From assembly GCF_009914755.1 (NCBI RefSeq), contig NC_060928.1: a stretch of DNA of 64,000 nt; one strand, written 5' to 3'. The notes beneath the pieces are model-generated. The model was given only the letters and a program-made list of their open reading frames with translations. It did no database searches and was not told where the DNA came from. This document shows positions 26,412 to 43,116 of this stretch, piece after piece (within the stretch, counting starts at the first letter, position 1; every line of letters begins with the position of its first letter). A program made the translations under genes and the position numbers. The DNA is from the human T2T-CHM13v2.0 reference genome, Homo sapiens.

Positions 26412-28271
26412 GAGACAGATGAATACTGCTATACAAATGATCCCCAATGAGAAATAGATATAAATGAGCAATTCGCAAAAGACAAAAAATTTTAATTGTC
26501 TAAGGTTAGGGTAGAGGGGATGTTAACCTCCCAATAATCAAAGAATCCCAGCAGAGCGATAAATTACCACATTTTCACACATCACATTAACAAACGTGGA
26601 CAACAAATCAAAATGTATCATTTTTTTGGGAAAATTATTCAGTAATATGAGAAAATATTCATGATATGGAAAAATGTTTATGGTATGAGAAGTGGATAAA
26701 AGCAAGTTACAAAATGATATCCTAGTTTTGAAAAAAAAATCAACCTATGCACAGAACCCAATTTATTGGTGGGGAATAAACCAAAGATTAATAGTATTTA
26801 TATTTGGGTGGTAGGATTATAGTTGATTTGTATTTTTCTCATGGTGTTAATATATAGTTCTAAAGTTTCTGCAGTGACTTATATTTTAGTTATCAGAGAA
26901 AACAAGTCACTATCCTAATGAAGCAATTAGTCCTAGTATAAAGAGCACATATATGATATTATATATCCCCTCTTTCACAAAGTCCCCCATCTCCCTTATT
27001 GTGTGTACTTTTATGTTAGGTATCATTATTTCTGAATTATTTCTCTGATGAGAACATTTGGATTATAAGGGAAATCACAAAACAAAGCTATTCTGCTCAC
27101 ATTCACTGTTTCGCCTCCACCTATTTTCTAAAATAATAAGCAGTGTTGAACAGATTTGAGCTTTACTTCCCTTTAATTTCCTGTTGATTTCATTTGCCAG
27201 GGCCTACGGCTGATAGGTTTTAATTAAATACTCCTTAATTTCTTTCTCTAAAGTCTGCTTATTCAGCTTAAGGCCTTTTTGAATGAGGAAGATGGGTACT
27301 ACTACATTCCTCTTAGTAAAACTTACAAGGTTTTAACTCTTTAGGTAGGCTAGGTAATACAAATCATAATTTTCTTGGTTATGAGAAGGAAAGTGAAAAT
27401 CAATTTTGACCTGTCTCAAAATGTTGTGAAATCTTTGTCTTTGATTTATAGGATTCATAACTACTTAGCTTGTGTTTTTAAACTTTCATTTCCCCTTAAT
27501 TAGACTATAATAATATAGTTAGAAGGTTTTAGTTAACATTTTAAATTATAACATCTCTTCTTCTTTACTAAATTCTTTCCTAGAGAGATGTCCTCAGATA
27601 TTTTCTTCACAAATATTCTATTTATCTGTGATGTCCTTTAGCTAGAAATCAACATTTCTGCCTTGCCAAGGTCAAAAAATAATTGCCTGAATCTGAAGCA
27701 TTATTATACTTTTAAGATCCCTAAGCCAAGGACTAAGAAAAAAGTGAAATGCTTTCAATGGGATATGGAAACTCTGAAAGGTAATTTTTACTTTGAGTCC
27801 CAGACTGGCTTTCTGCTCCCAGATTGTCTTACTTCATTTGAATCAGGCTAGTGCATGAGAAGAAGTATGGTGGTCCCAAATGCCTAATTTGTCACATCTT
27901 CTTTGCCTGCTTGATTTGGGTCATGGTCAGGATGGATGGGTTGATGATAGGAATATGTGGATATGTAGTATTAGGATGTAGGATTGGTAACGGGCAGAGG
28001 ACAGGAGTGGAGCCAGCACGGGTGGTATAGGGCAAGTGAAGAACACGAGAGTGTGGCTCATGCCAGATTGTTGTGTTGCCCTTGTCAGCCAGTAGGATTG
28101 CTGTTGTCACAGATGTGTGCTCAGAGATGCCTTAGGAAGTCTCTAATGATCCTACTCCTTGTTAGGTAATTGGCAAACTGTCTTGTGAAGCACATTATTC
28201 AGGTTTTCCAGATGAGTCGTCCTTCCTTTTCTCCCTTTCAATGTATTGTTCACACTTCTTGCAAATACATC

Positions 28272-28851
<580 letters not shown>

Positions 28852-30629
28852 TGCAAATAAATCTTATAAATGTCTGTATCATATCACAGTCTTCTCAGAT
28901 ATCTTTGGCAATTTCCCATATTCTTCATCTTAGCAAGTCAGGGCTTCAGTTTGGTCCCAACCTAGATTTTCATTTAATTTCGCATCACTTCTTAATTTGT
29001 ACTTGAAACTGCTGCCATATTGAACTACTCATTGTTACTTAAATAAACAGTCTCCACCCTCCTTGCCTCCTTGCCTTTTCTAAAATCTATAAATCTCTTC
29101 TGTCAGGATTCTAAACCAGGCTCACTTATAATACCTTCTTTTCTGGGAAGCCTTTCCTCTTCTTCCTTTCTATCCTCTGACCTCGTACCATGCTTTCTCA
29201 TAAGACTTTCTGGTTTCCCTAAATTCATATACTGCACGATTATCCTAATTTTATCTTTTTTATTGAACTAAATACTTGACCTGTTCTGGGGCTAGTTTAT
29301 TCATTCCCAAAGCACTCAGCACCGTGCCTAGGACAAGGTAAAATAAATGTACCTTAGAAAATAAACTCCTAGAAGGCAGATAATTTTGTCCGTTTTGTTC
29401 CCTGGTTTATTTCCAGTATCGATAACAATGCCTGGCATATAGTAGGAGTGCCAAAAATATTAGTTGAAAGATTGAAATTACTGAGCACCTTCAGTGTGTT
29501 AGGCACAGTGCATTGTTTAATAAATCTCTTTACAAAATTGTGTGAGGTGGTGATATTATTTCCATTTTACAGATTTGGAAACTGATGCTCAGAAAGGCTA
29601 AAAGCTTGTGGTAAAGGGACAACTGTGAATCTGTTTGTCAAACTTGTGTTCATTCTGCTAATTGCTATTAGCAATTTGTTGCAGTTTTGAAAATAGCTAA
29701 TTATATTATCAGTACTTATTCAAATTAAATGTAGTGTGATGTGTAGGTACCATTGAGTAAATTATTGGGATCGGGTATTTATCATGAATCTATTTTATAA
29801 TTCCAATGAAGATCAACTTGTTTTTAATACCATTTGTAGTTTTGATCTGCCTCTTATTTGTGTTTATATACTATTCTTAGTAATACTTATAGGCCTCAGG
29901 TACAGTTTAAATATATGTGTTGAGACAGTTTAAGTAATTGACATGTGTAATCCATGCTTTTATTGCATTAAGTCATGTGCTGAAGTAATTTTTAGCCACT
30001 GTGAAATAATGCTTCTCTATGTAATAATTATATTAATATTAATTCATCCACTAGCTTCCAAAAGAAAATCTTTAATACATTTTCGAAATTAATTAAATCT
30101 TTCATCTATCAGACTGAATTTTCCTTTTTATAGTTTAAACAAAATAACTAATGTTACCACCTATCTATCTTCATCACATATCCAGTAATATGCTATATTC
30201 TTTAAAGAAAATAACAGAATATAATTCAGAATTTTAGTCTCTAATGTGCTTATTTGCCTCATCTGTATAGCTTGAGCTAATAATCTGTGGGAGACCTTTA
30301 GAAAACCTTTGATGTAGTCTATTGATATAATCTTTTGATCTTACAATTTTTCAGGGGCTAAATTCTTTCCATTTCAGCTACAAATAACTCTACTTTCCTA
30401 TTCATTATTCTTTTTATCTCTTACCATTAATCTTTCTTTTAAGCATGTTATTTTCCTTTGCTTTTTAAAAACTTCTGTAGTTACCCAAACAGAAAATAAT
30501 TGCCCTATTTCTTGTATATAAGAAAATTAGTTTCACTGATTATTTAAACAATAATATATACATCATTGGTATGGGAAAGATTAGCTGCATAAAAATCATA
30601 TTTAATGGTAATGACTTCATGGGGAAAAT

Positions 30630-30968
30630 ACACAGTCCCTGACTTATGATGGTTCAACTTATGATTTTTCCAGTTTATGATGATGCAAAAGAGATACACA
30701 TTTAGTAGAAACCATACTTCAATTCCCATACAACCATTCTGTCTTTCGCTTCCAGTATAGTGTTCGATAAAGTACATGAGATATTTAACACTTGATTATA
30801 AAGTAGGCTTTGTGTTAGATGACTTTGTCCAACTGTATGCTAATATAAGTGTTCTGAGCACATTTAAAGTAAGCTCAGCTAAGCTGTGATGTTCAGTAGG
30901 TTAGTGTATGACATGCACTTTTGACTTATGATATTTTCATTTACCATGGGTTTATGAATGAGCATCTG
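30630..30968 (-). mobile_element. TcMar-Tigger DNA transposon remnant (MER47/Tigger5-like, tentative)
   Basis: cagtccctgacttatgatgg...gagcatctg termini and repeated gacttatgat motif. Confidence 0.7.
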
Positions 30969-31016
30969 CATTCATTAATTAAAAATAAGTCCAGAGTAGA
31001 TTTGAGCTGCCTAGGT

Positions 31017-31230
31017 CTATGATTTTCAAAGTGTGGCCCCCAGAGTAGGCCCCATCAGTATCACTTGAGCTTGTTAGAATGCAAATTATCAGGCCACTGC
31101 AGAGCTACTGAATCAGAGAAACTGGTGTGATTGTGTGCTTGGGTTGGGGAGGGGGCGGCAGGGAGGGCAGAATCTGTGTTTTAACAAGCTCTCTATGTGA
31201 TTCTGATCTGTGATAAAGCTGGAGACCACA
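31017..31230. mobile_element. hAT-Charlie MER5A-like element (other copies near 9945-10110, 21128-21292, 42655-43150, 45310-45450)
   Basis: ttcaaagtgtggcccc...tgttagaatgcaaatt...actgaatcaga...tgattctgat motifs. Confidence 0.7.
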
Positions 31231-33048
31231 GGCTTGGAGTAAGATCCTCAGGTGAGCAGGCCAGTATATTCACTGGGTTTGACAGGTAGGTATCTGACTT
31301 AAAAGGTCTCTGGGAAAGGGGATTTCATTTACTTTCCTGTATGCTGTTTCAGATACCTCTGTGTTATTACTAAGCTGGCTGCAAAAGTCATTAATTTAAT
31401 ACATGAAACTGAAAACAACAGTCAGAAACACAATGTTCAACACTTAAAAGTTTGTGTTGGATAGGTTTTATGTTATTATTTGCTTCTTGGCAACAGATTC
31501 CCTTTAAAAAAACAGAATTAAACTAAACTTTTGTGCAAATGTTTCATAAGGGAAAAAGAGTAAGACTTTTTCCCCCCAGTTCTTTGATCTTGGCTGTATT
31601 TGGGGATAATGATTGAAAGAAGCAAATGTGAATCTTATGACTTTCAGTAGAGAGTTTGTGCCTAGGGAATCAAGTTTTCTTAGCGATCCTGCATGCTTTT
31701 GAAGTGGTAAGGAACGATACGCCTACTGTGACCATTAAAGTTGTAACTAATTAACTCTGTAAAATTAAAATCCAAGCATAAAAATATTTTCATAGTGCAT
31801 CTGTAAACAACATAGGCTGTATTCTTTTAATATACTTTGGATATAATAAAGTTAGATTAAGTACCTCATTTATTGCTGGAAATTCTATATCCCAGCTCAC
31901 TTTATCTTAATGGGCCCATATGATGTTGAATGTGGTCATTTTGGAATGTTGTAGATTGGTCATGTTATGAAGATATTAGAAATAAGCAGAAAGAATTTTG
32001 AAATAGGCTCTTAATTAGGAATTGAAAATTTTCTTACCTACAAACTTTTATTTTCCCACTGACTTTAATTTTCTAAAGAGCAATGAAGGTGATATTTGAA
32101 AAGTATAACTGACTTATTTTTGAGATTTTTGTATTACTTTCACATCAAAAACTCTATATGCCCTACATAAGTATAGGCGTAAAAATGTTTTATTGAAACA
32201 ATTATCTGAGCTTTCTTTCGCAGACTACCATTTAAATTCTGTTTTCACAACTAATTTTCAGAAAGAAGAGTCTCCCAAAACTATATTGACATTTAAGTAT
32301 GCTATTTATTGAAATTTAGCCAGACATTTATAAGGTAACTTTTAGTAATTATCTTTTGGTAAAAACAAGAAACAAAAACCCCAAAACTGAATGCTTTAAT
32401 TAATTAGCTTTGCAACATTTATAATTACATGTAATGCTTCTTTGCAGGAACACACATATTTGCCTTTATCAAGAAGCTTATACACTAAACTATGTTGAAC
32501 TTACATGTCAAGAAACTTATATACTAAGTTAAACGTAATTTCTGGTTTAATATTGAGTATAGCATTATTAGTATGTACGCATGTTACCCATGGCCTTATG
32601 TGTGACCATTCATTTTCAGTATTGAAGCAGCACGCTTGGCTTGCATTTTATGAAGTTGTGCTTTAAAAAAAAAGGAAAGAAAAAAAAGAGTTAAAGGAAT
32701 GCACCTCTTTTCCACATCTTAAATGTAAAAGCAATACATTAAGTTCTGTGTATAGGCTTCATGATTATATGAAGTTTCATCAAAATTTAACTTTTTGATT
32801 AAAATGAAGTTCTGTTTTCTAATTCCAAAATAAGTATATGTGTTAATGGTAAAAAAAACATGGAGAGTATAAAAACACTGAAAAAATTAAAATCTGCTAT
32901 TAATAGACTATCCCAAAATAACCACTGTTAATGTTTTTAAAAATATTTTATTTGAAATTCTTCCATGTTTATATATTGTATATATTCATAGTTGAGATTA
33001 TACTTGTATACAGGTCTAAATCATGCTTTAAAACTTTATAAACTTTAA

Positions 33049-33382
<334 letters not shown>

Positions 33383-33490
33383 TAAACATCATTTTTAACA
33401 GCTGTCTTATATTTCCATTAGAAATAGATTTAACACAATTAGATATAATGCAGTCAACAATTTCTCTATTTCTCAACATTTGTGTAGTGA

Positions 33491-33835
<345 letters not shown>

Positions 33836-34183
33836 TGAGGGCCAGAGAGGACATTTTTAGAGCATATTATCCTATGGGTCTAGAGAAGTAAGACAAGTAA
33901 GAGCAGGTTAAAGTCCCCCAAAACTATATGAATGTATGCCTTCATTGAGCATTATGAATAAAGAAACTCTTTGCTACATTCTACATTCAGAGTCAAAAAA
34001 ATGCTAACTCTGTCTTAAATTCTTTTTTTTAGGTTACTACTGAAGTTGAAAATATTTTTTTCCTATATATTTATAGTATATGGCTTCTGTGTTTGTTCAG
34101 GCTTTTTTTCCAACTGTGCTATTCATGTGACTATTAAACCAGAAATGAATAATTTTTAATATTTATCTTATAAGATATTAATT

Positions 34184-34479
34184 AATTAATTAATTTTTGA
34201 GACTGAGTTTCACTCTACTGCCCAGGCTGGAGTGCAGTGGTGTGATCTCGGCTCACTGTAACCTCTGCCTCCTGGGTTCGAGTGATTCTCATGCCTCAGC
34301 CTCCTGAGTAGCTGTGATTACAGTTGCCCGCTACCACAACTGGCTAATTTTTGTATTTTTAGTAGAAACGGGTTTCACCACATTGGCCAGGCTTGTCTCA
34401 AACTTCTGACCTCAGGCGATCCTCCCACCTCGGCCTCCCGAATTGCTGGGATTACAGGCGTGAGCCACCGCACCTGGCC
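34184..34479 (-). mobile_element. AluS-type element
   Basis: Reverse Alu; TSD tataagatattaatt at 34169-34183 and 34480-34494. Confidence 0.93.
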
Positions 34480-34513
34480 TATAAGATATTAATTTAAAAA
34501 ATAGACCATTGTA

Positions 34514-34805
<292 letters not shown>

Positions 34806-35582
34806 AAAATAGATCATTGTAATAATGCAACTTGTTAGGGTGATACTGAAACAATGGGGCAGAGTCCACAGATTAGCTCAAATAGGCCATGAAAATATTA
34901 GGATAAGTACCTATCTGTAGAAGTCTTAGCTTACTTTATAGTTGAATCATACTAGTATATAAAATTCTGGCAAACATAATAATATTGTATTCAAATTGAC
35001 TTAAATAATTTATGACATTCATAAATAATGACATAGTTTAGGAATTAATAAAAGCCTATCTATATATGCATGAATAAGAAAATGGTAGTGGAGCAAACAG
35101 CAGGATTATTGTATGTGAATTGCCACTAACTTGCTGTGTAATCTTGGGTAAGTCATTCTTTCCAAACCTCTGTTTTCTTCTGTGTAAAATGAAGTATTTA
35201 GTTGGATATTAACATTCTTTCTGGCTTTAACATTCTGAGTTTTTTGTTTAAGCTGTTAAGCATCTTTAAAATGCTTTTCCTACTTTGAAGAAATGTTGGC
35301 ATCAAACAATTCATACGTATTCTTATAAAAGCAAGAATAGCTACCATTTGTTAATCTATTATATGTCAGATGTCTTACGTACATTCCCATTAACTCCTCA
35401 CAACAACCCTACAGAGCAGATGATATCATTGCCATTTTCCTCATTGGAAAACTGAGGGTCATAAGAAGTCCCACTAGGGCTGAGTGGGAGAGCCAGAATT
35501 TGAACCCATGACTCGGAAATACTCTGTTCTTTCCACTGTGCTACTTACCTCTCTCTTGGACAAATGTGATGGCTTCTTTTAA

Positions 35583-35783
35583 CCCAGAGTTTCTCAGCAG
35601 CAGCATTTCTTGACATTTGGGACTAGATAATTATTTGTTGTGAAGGATTGTCCTGTGTATTGCTGCATATTTAACAGCATCTCTGGCTTCTTTCCACAAC
35701 CAAAAATATCTCCAGATATTAGCAAATGTCCTAGGGGGCTGGAAGGGGAGGTACAATTGGCCCCATTTGAGGACCACTGCTCT
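35583..35783. mobile_element. MER20-like hAT element
   Basis: cagagtttctcagc...tgacatttgggactagataatt...tgaggaccactgctcta. Confidence 0.7.
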
Positions 35784-37429
35784 AATACAACTTAAGTCAT
35801 CAGTAGTATGAGGACAAACATAGTTACTTTCTCCAGCAAAATCTTTAGGCCATTTTAAGGGTCAAGATGGAATTAACCAAGTATATCTCCAGCAAAGGAA
35901 CCTACCTACTTCTTCATGCAATAATACTTATTATACATTGATTGTCCCTTATTCTCTTAAGATGCATCCCATTTGAAGAGCATTTTTTGGGATGCATGGT
36001 ATAGCAACAAGAACCTGATTAATGTTTGTTAATTCACTGAAAAGTATTCGTTGAGGGCATGTTATATGCCAGGCATTGTCCAGTTATTGGTTAAAACAGT
36101 AAACAAGATGGCCTTGTAGGAGAAACAGGTATTAAATCATTTTAGCTCATTCTCCTTTATCTTCCTAATAATCTTGTAAAGATTCTGTTTAGAACCACAA
36201 TCCAGTGTGTTTATCATGTTTTACATACATACACAACTTATCACATGAAGCTGGAGTTTGCCTTCCTTAGTGTGAATGAGTAAAGATCACACACTGGGAA
36301 ATTTGTGTTCTTCTGCCAGTTCAAATATATATTTTGGCTCTGGTTTTTAAATGAGCACGTATCTGTGTGCTAGCTTCATTTTGAAACTTAACTGTTTATC
36401 TCTCGGTTAGTCTTTTAACGCTCTTACCATTTTGTGGTCTGAAGCTTGGCCACATACATATCAAAGTTTGTCTTATGGGAATTAATCTCTGAAGTATTTC
36501 AGGTAATGAGGGAATCTCATGAGGTTCGTGCCTGATCCGTTTACTAGACTCTGTACTTCTGGAGGACAGAAACCATGGAGTTCACATAGGAATTCCCATC
36601 ACGTTGGTTTCAATGCCTGGAAAAGTACCTGGTTGGCAATGGTAGCCTTTCAGTACCTATTTTCTAACAAATATAAGGAAAAGAAATCTCTAAATAGTGA
36701 AAATAGATTTCACTAAATAAATCTTGCTGAATTTTTATCTTCTACTTCCTGAAGACCACTGGGGTCATTTATTTACATTTCTTAATTATTGTAAGGTAGT
36801 TGGAAGTAAAACTTAAATCTTCATAAAGACAGATTTGGACAGCTGATGGGGAAAAAAGCCTGTAAAATTATTCAAAACAAGGAGATTTTCAAGTACTGGA
36901 AGAAAACCTTATGGAAATGCTTTGAAGACCCTGAAGGCATCACTATAAAGAATACGCTTGTGCTCAGAGCATTGGTGCTGAATTCTCAGAGAAGAAAATT
37001 TATTTAAAATGCTGTGTCAAATATAGGAAAATTGGGTACACATTGTATAATGATTTCTATCCTGGATGAAATTGTTTTGATACTTTAAAGGATAAACCTT
37101 AAACTGTCTTTAAAAAGGTTACTCAGAATAACTTCCTCTTGGAGAGTTTTAGAACGATAAAATTTAAATACTTCAGCTGTTTCTAAAAATAAGTCCTATT
37201 TGTTTTATTTCCTTTTTTATGTCTTCCTGTTGCAGAGTTTCGTTAGTGTCCATTTTAGGACTACATGCTCTAGATCTTAATGTGAACTGTAATAACTTCA
37301 GCATGCATAATAAGAGCTGTAGTGAGCTACATACCATGAAATGCCTGTTATTATATCACATTTAGAGGCAGTGTGTATAAGATTGTTAAAGATATTCTAG
37401 TCTTTGCTGCATATAAGAGGGGTGTTATT

Positions 37430-38600
37430 TTACTCATTCATTCTTGGGTTCATTCCACAAATATTCATTGAAAATCTACTCATTGCCTGATATTATACTC
37501 TTCTAGGCCTAGGCCATATCAGTGAACCAAAAAGACAGAAATTTCTACGCTGATGGAGGAGGGAGACAGACAAAAGCTAAAATACCAAAGTAAATTATGC
37601 ATTGTTAGAAAGTGACATAAAGGTTTTATGAAAAGTAAAGCAGAAAAGGAGAATAACAAGAGGCAGATCATATGGAGCACTGGAGGTGGCTACTGTAATT
37701 ATATGGGAGCCTTTAGAGAGTTTTAAGTTGTGAAATTGTCAGGATCTAAATTAGGTTATACCAGGACTAGACTGATAATGGTGGATCAGGTTGATTGTAA
37801 TAAAGGTGATGAGAAGTGGTAAGATTCTGGATATAGTTTAAGGGAAGAGTCAACAGAATTTGCGGACTGACATGATGTGAGTTGTAAGTGAAAGAAACCA
37901 AGGATGACTCAAAAGTTTTTGGGCTGAGCATCTAGAAGAAGGGAGCTGCCATTAGCTGACAGGGCTAATATAGGGGAGAAGCAGTTTAGGGGAGAGTGCT
38001 TGGACCTCCATTTGCACTTGTTACTGTCTGGAGATGGGCTGCCTTTTGGGCATCAGTCTGGAGTTTTGGAAAGAGGTCTATGCTAGGGGAACTTGTGGAA
38101 GTTCTCTTTGGATAGCTTTGGTATTCTCAGAAAAATAGAAACAAGGTCATCACCAGGAAGAAAGTCAGGAGGGAGATATTGGATGTAAAGAGGAGAAAGG
38201 AAAGGGTATGAAACAGTTGTGTATGAGAGTGGGAGAATACATGGCCTGGAAATGCAGTATGATTGCAGGCAGTGTGAATGGCCAACTTAAGAGTTTGCGG
38301 TCAGGACGTTAAAGTGACTCTGACAAGGTGTTGTGCATTTCTTTCCAGCCACTTTCAACCTGTAGGTACTGGAACAGAGTACATAGAGCTTTACATGTGA
38401 ATGTAAGCAGGGTGAGGGTTTTGCCAAGAAAGAAGTGAGAGAGGAGTTCACTGGTTGAGAGAATATACAAGGAAGTGATTACAGTATTAACCATAAAATT
38501 TGAAGTAAGTAAGGAAATAAGACCACTTGAGAATATGGGGCAGTGAAAAGATGGTTGGTGGTTGTTTATGGGTAGGATCAGTGATATTGGAGTTGGGTTA
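37430..38600 (-). mobile_element. L2 remnant (approximate bounds)
   Basis: tcattcattc...aaatattcattga end motif followed by purine-rich L2-like body. Confidence 0.55.
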
Positions 38601-39535
38601 AAAGTGAGTCATTTATTTGAAAGTAAATTTTATTTGCATGTATTGAATTATAGTTCAAACACATATAAAGTCCTCTATAAGGCACAGTAAGCAGTAAAAA
38701 TGGGTAACCTCACCTAGTACAAAATGAATGTTTTAAAAGTAAATAAATGCAAATATTTAAATTTATTTAACTTTATTTTTTCAAATGAAGCATGCCTTTA
38801 GCGTTTTTCTCTGAATAACTTAACTTTAATTTTTTAATACCACTCTTCTCCTATTCTCTCTCCCAACCCTCACATTCCTTGATGGGTTGCCAGAGCTATA
38901 TGCCTTCTGCCAGCTCTTATTCAAGTGTTACTGCCCTGTATCAGAGCCCTCTGATAGCCACCAAGGCTCTCATTCCATATGAGATACCTGGATTAAGCTT
39001 AAGTAACTACTTACTAAGCTGTGCCACTTGGGTGAGTTTCTCACTCTGTTTCCTCATTACTAAGTGGAGATAATAATATGTACTTTATTGTAAGGATTAA
39101 AGTTTATGAATGCATTTTTATCCTTTGCATATAACCTGTTATATGTCTATAAATGGTAGATATTGTTATGATCTTAGGTCTATTAAATTAATAATATTTG
39201 TTAATGTTGAATAACCAAATCTCAAAAAATGCTATCTTGTCATTTCAATAATGTATTATTTTAGAAGCATGTAGGATCACTAAGGTCAAAACACAGTATT
39301 GCTGCCATCAATATTTTCATATATGTTTATGCTTTTTTCAGCTTTAAAAAGAGATTAAGACATATTAGGAACTCACCATAAATGAGTAAGATTTCTTTTA
39401 GTTCCCAATAACATAGAGAAACACATATACAACTGCAACATTTTACCTGCCTTTTGCTAGCCTAAACCAGCTTTGAGCCTAATTATTCATAAACAGTGAA
39501 TAATTGGACATGTGATCCCTTCAAAAAGAAATCTG

Positions 39536-39827
39536 GACTGGGCGCGGTGGTTTGTGCCTGTAATCCCAACACTTTGGGAGGCCGAGGCGGGCGGATCACG
39601 AGGTCAGATCGAGACCATCCTGGCTAACACGGTGAAACCCCGTCTCTACTAAAAATGCAAGAAATTAGCTGGGCGTGGTGGCGGGCGCCTGTAGTTCCAG
39701 CTACTCGGGGGCTGAGGCAGGAGAATGGCGTGAACCCAGGAGGCAGAGCTTGCAGTGAGCCGAGATAGCGCCACTGCACTCCAGCCTGGGCGTTAGAGTG
39801 AGACTACGTCTCATAAAAAAAAAAAAA
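39536..39827 (+). mobile_element. AluY
   Basis: Diagnostic gagaccatcctggctaacacgg and gaatggcgtgaaccc...gagcttgcag; CpG-rich. Confidence 0.93.
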
Positions 39828-39887
39828 TCTGAAGTGTATTGAAGAAGAGAAGCATTATCGCTTTCAATGTCTGAATGGACCATCCAT

Positions 39888-40065
39888 AAAATATATATAT
39901 ATTTGATAATATATATATGATTATATGTTTTTAATTATACATGTTTTTCTTTTATATACGATATACATATACGTATGTATATAATATATGTATGTATGTA
40001 ATATTACACATATAAATATATATTAAATATACATATATGTATGTGATATTATATATAAATATATA
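39888..40065. repeat. Degenerate (TA)n/(TATG)n tract
   Basis: Direct reading. Confidence 0.85.
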
Positions 40066-40264
40066 AAAGCTTTATTCTCACGAGAGAACTGAAGAAATTC
40101 TTACTGAGTGCGTGCTTGGAAACAGTAAGAATGGGTAACTAGTTCTAGTATGAAACAAGGCATCTAGATACCACATTCTACTTTTATATGTCTTTCAAAA
40201 TAAACATGTCATATGTGAAAATTCTAATTTGACTCTCCATCAGCAATTATATAAAACATGTCAC

Positions 40265-40579
<315 letters not shown>

Positions 40580-40957
40580 CATATCACTTATTGCTGTGGA
40601 TATTCCTTCCCTCAGTCTGAGTGAGAGGCTGCTTCTGTGATGTAGAACAGCATCTTCTGTTTCCCCAACGTCAACCACAGTGTCTGGCATATGGTAGGTT
40701 TTCAGGTCATGTTTGCTGAGTAAATTGAAAATGAATGAACTTAATTTAAGCACTCTTTTCTAAAGATATGTAAGGGCTATGTGCTTCAGTACAGTTGACC
40801 TTTTTCCATTTAGGGTCCTTAAAAATGACAAAACTATTACAAATATTTCTTTATTAGTGGTAAAAGTGAAAAGTAGTATGACTTAGCTTTTTATGAACTT
40901 ATATAGCGCTTCCTCCCATGATAATAATCACTAGTTATCAAAAGTAATTTCTTATAG

Positions 40958-41282
<325 letters not shown>

Positions 41283-41792
41283 TTAAGTACTTTAATTCAA
41301 TGTTATGGGTGACATATTACCCTTGCCTGACTTTTTGTATATATCTAAAATATGGAATATGTACTCCTACTGGGGATTTAGTTCAAGGTCACTTAACAGA
41401 AAATATTGAATGGCACTAAGAACTCCAAGGTGATTTTATTCAGCAAATCTGATTCATTCCACCCAATGGAGAATATAAAGGATTATGTAACTTCATTATT
41501 CAAGATCCACAGTTTTCCCACAAAATAAATTGACCCTTGTCATCACAAAAGCCCATATTAGATATATCCATAGACGGTTCATACTTACCTTCTTTTCCAA
41601 AGATTATGTGAGGTGAAGAAAAACCTTTTTTTTGTAGATAGAGGATAGTAGTTACCAAGGGAGCAATACCAACATGTCACATTGGCACCTGGGGCAGCAA
41701 AGAAACCACCAAAGATATCAAACCATCTTGATGCTTTTGTCATGACCTATGAGGTAAGGAATCAGTCTCCCTGCAGTAATAAGCTTCTATAG

Positions 41793-42166
<374 letters not shown>

Positions 42167-42784
42167 TGAAACAATTCCTATCTTATTCTTAGAAATCCAT
42201 AGATACGAAATTTCTCTGTGCCTTTTATTGACTATGATAGAGAACTCTTGTGTCTTCCATGGTTTACAACATATAAGAACTTTGACGTTTTGTTTGTGTT
42301 TTCTCATCTTGGTTGAGAAGAAGGTTATAAGTCTATCAAGGCCAGGATTCATTGTTCTTTCTTGGTCAACTTTTGGAAATGTTGGTTGAAACTAATTCTA
42401 ACTGTATTAAATCTGCAGAAAGAATTAATCCTTAAGACCTCATCAACAATCTTTTGTATAAACTAGACTTCTCTCTTTTAGTTAATTCTAGCCTTAGACA
42501 TGAGGATCTTCTTGTATCTGCTGTCAAGCCATTAGTGCATAGCTGAGGTTACACATTCAAAGAAGATGGGCTTCCCAATAACATGAGTGATAGCTAATAA
42601 ATTGCTCAGTCTTAATTCCAACTGTGCATTTTGCAATAAAGTTACTTAGCATAGAGTAGTGATTCTCAGGGTGTGGTCCCCAGGACCAGCAGCATCAGTA
42701 CTATCTGCAAGTGTGTTAGACATGCAGACTCCTGAGCCCCATCCCAGACCTGCTAGATCAGAAACCTAGCAGGGTGAGGTTCAT

Positions 42785-43116
42785 GGCCAAGTGTGGTGGC
42801 TCACACCTATAATCCTAGCACTTTGGGAGGCCGAGGCAGGTGGATCACCTGAGGTCAAGAGTTCGAGAACTGCCTGGCCAACATGGTGAAACCCCATCTC
42901 TACTAAAAATACAGGAAACAACAAAAAAATTAGCTGGGCATGGCGATGCATGCCTATAGTCCCAGCTACTTGTGAAGCTGTGGTGGAAGGATCGCTTGAA
43001 CCAGGGAGGCAGAGATTGCAGTGAGCTGAGATCGAGCCACCCCACCACTACACTCCAGCATGGGCGACAGAGCAAGACTCCGTCTCCAAAAGAAAAAGAA
43101 AAAAAGAAAAAAAAAA
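42785..43116 (+). mobile_element. AluS-type element inserted into a MER5A-like element
   Basis: Alu motifs; flanks agaaacctag..ggtgag are repeated. Confidence 0.9.

Noticed and set aside
27892-28110. 72-aa minus ORF next to the RPL21 pseudogene
   Set aside because: GTG start, no Kozak context, no recognisable homology or flanking structure
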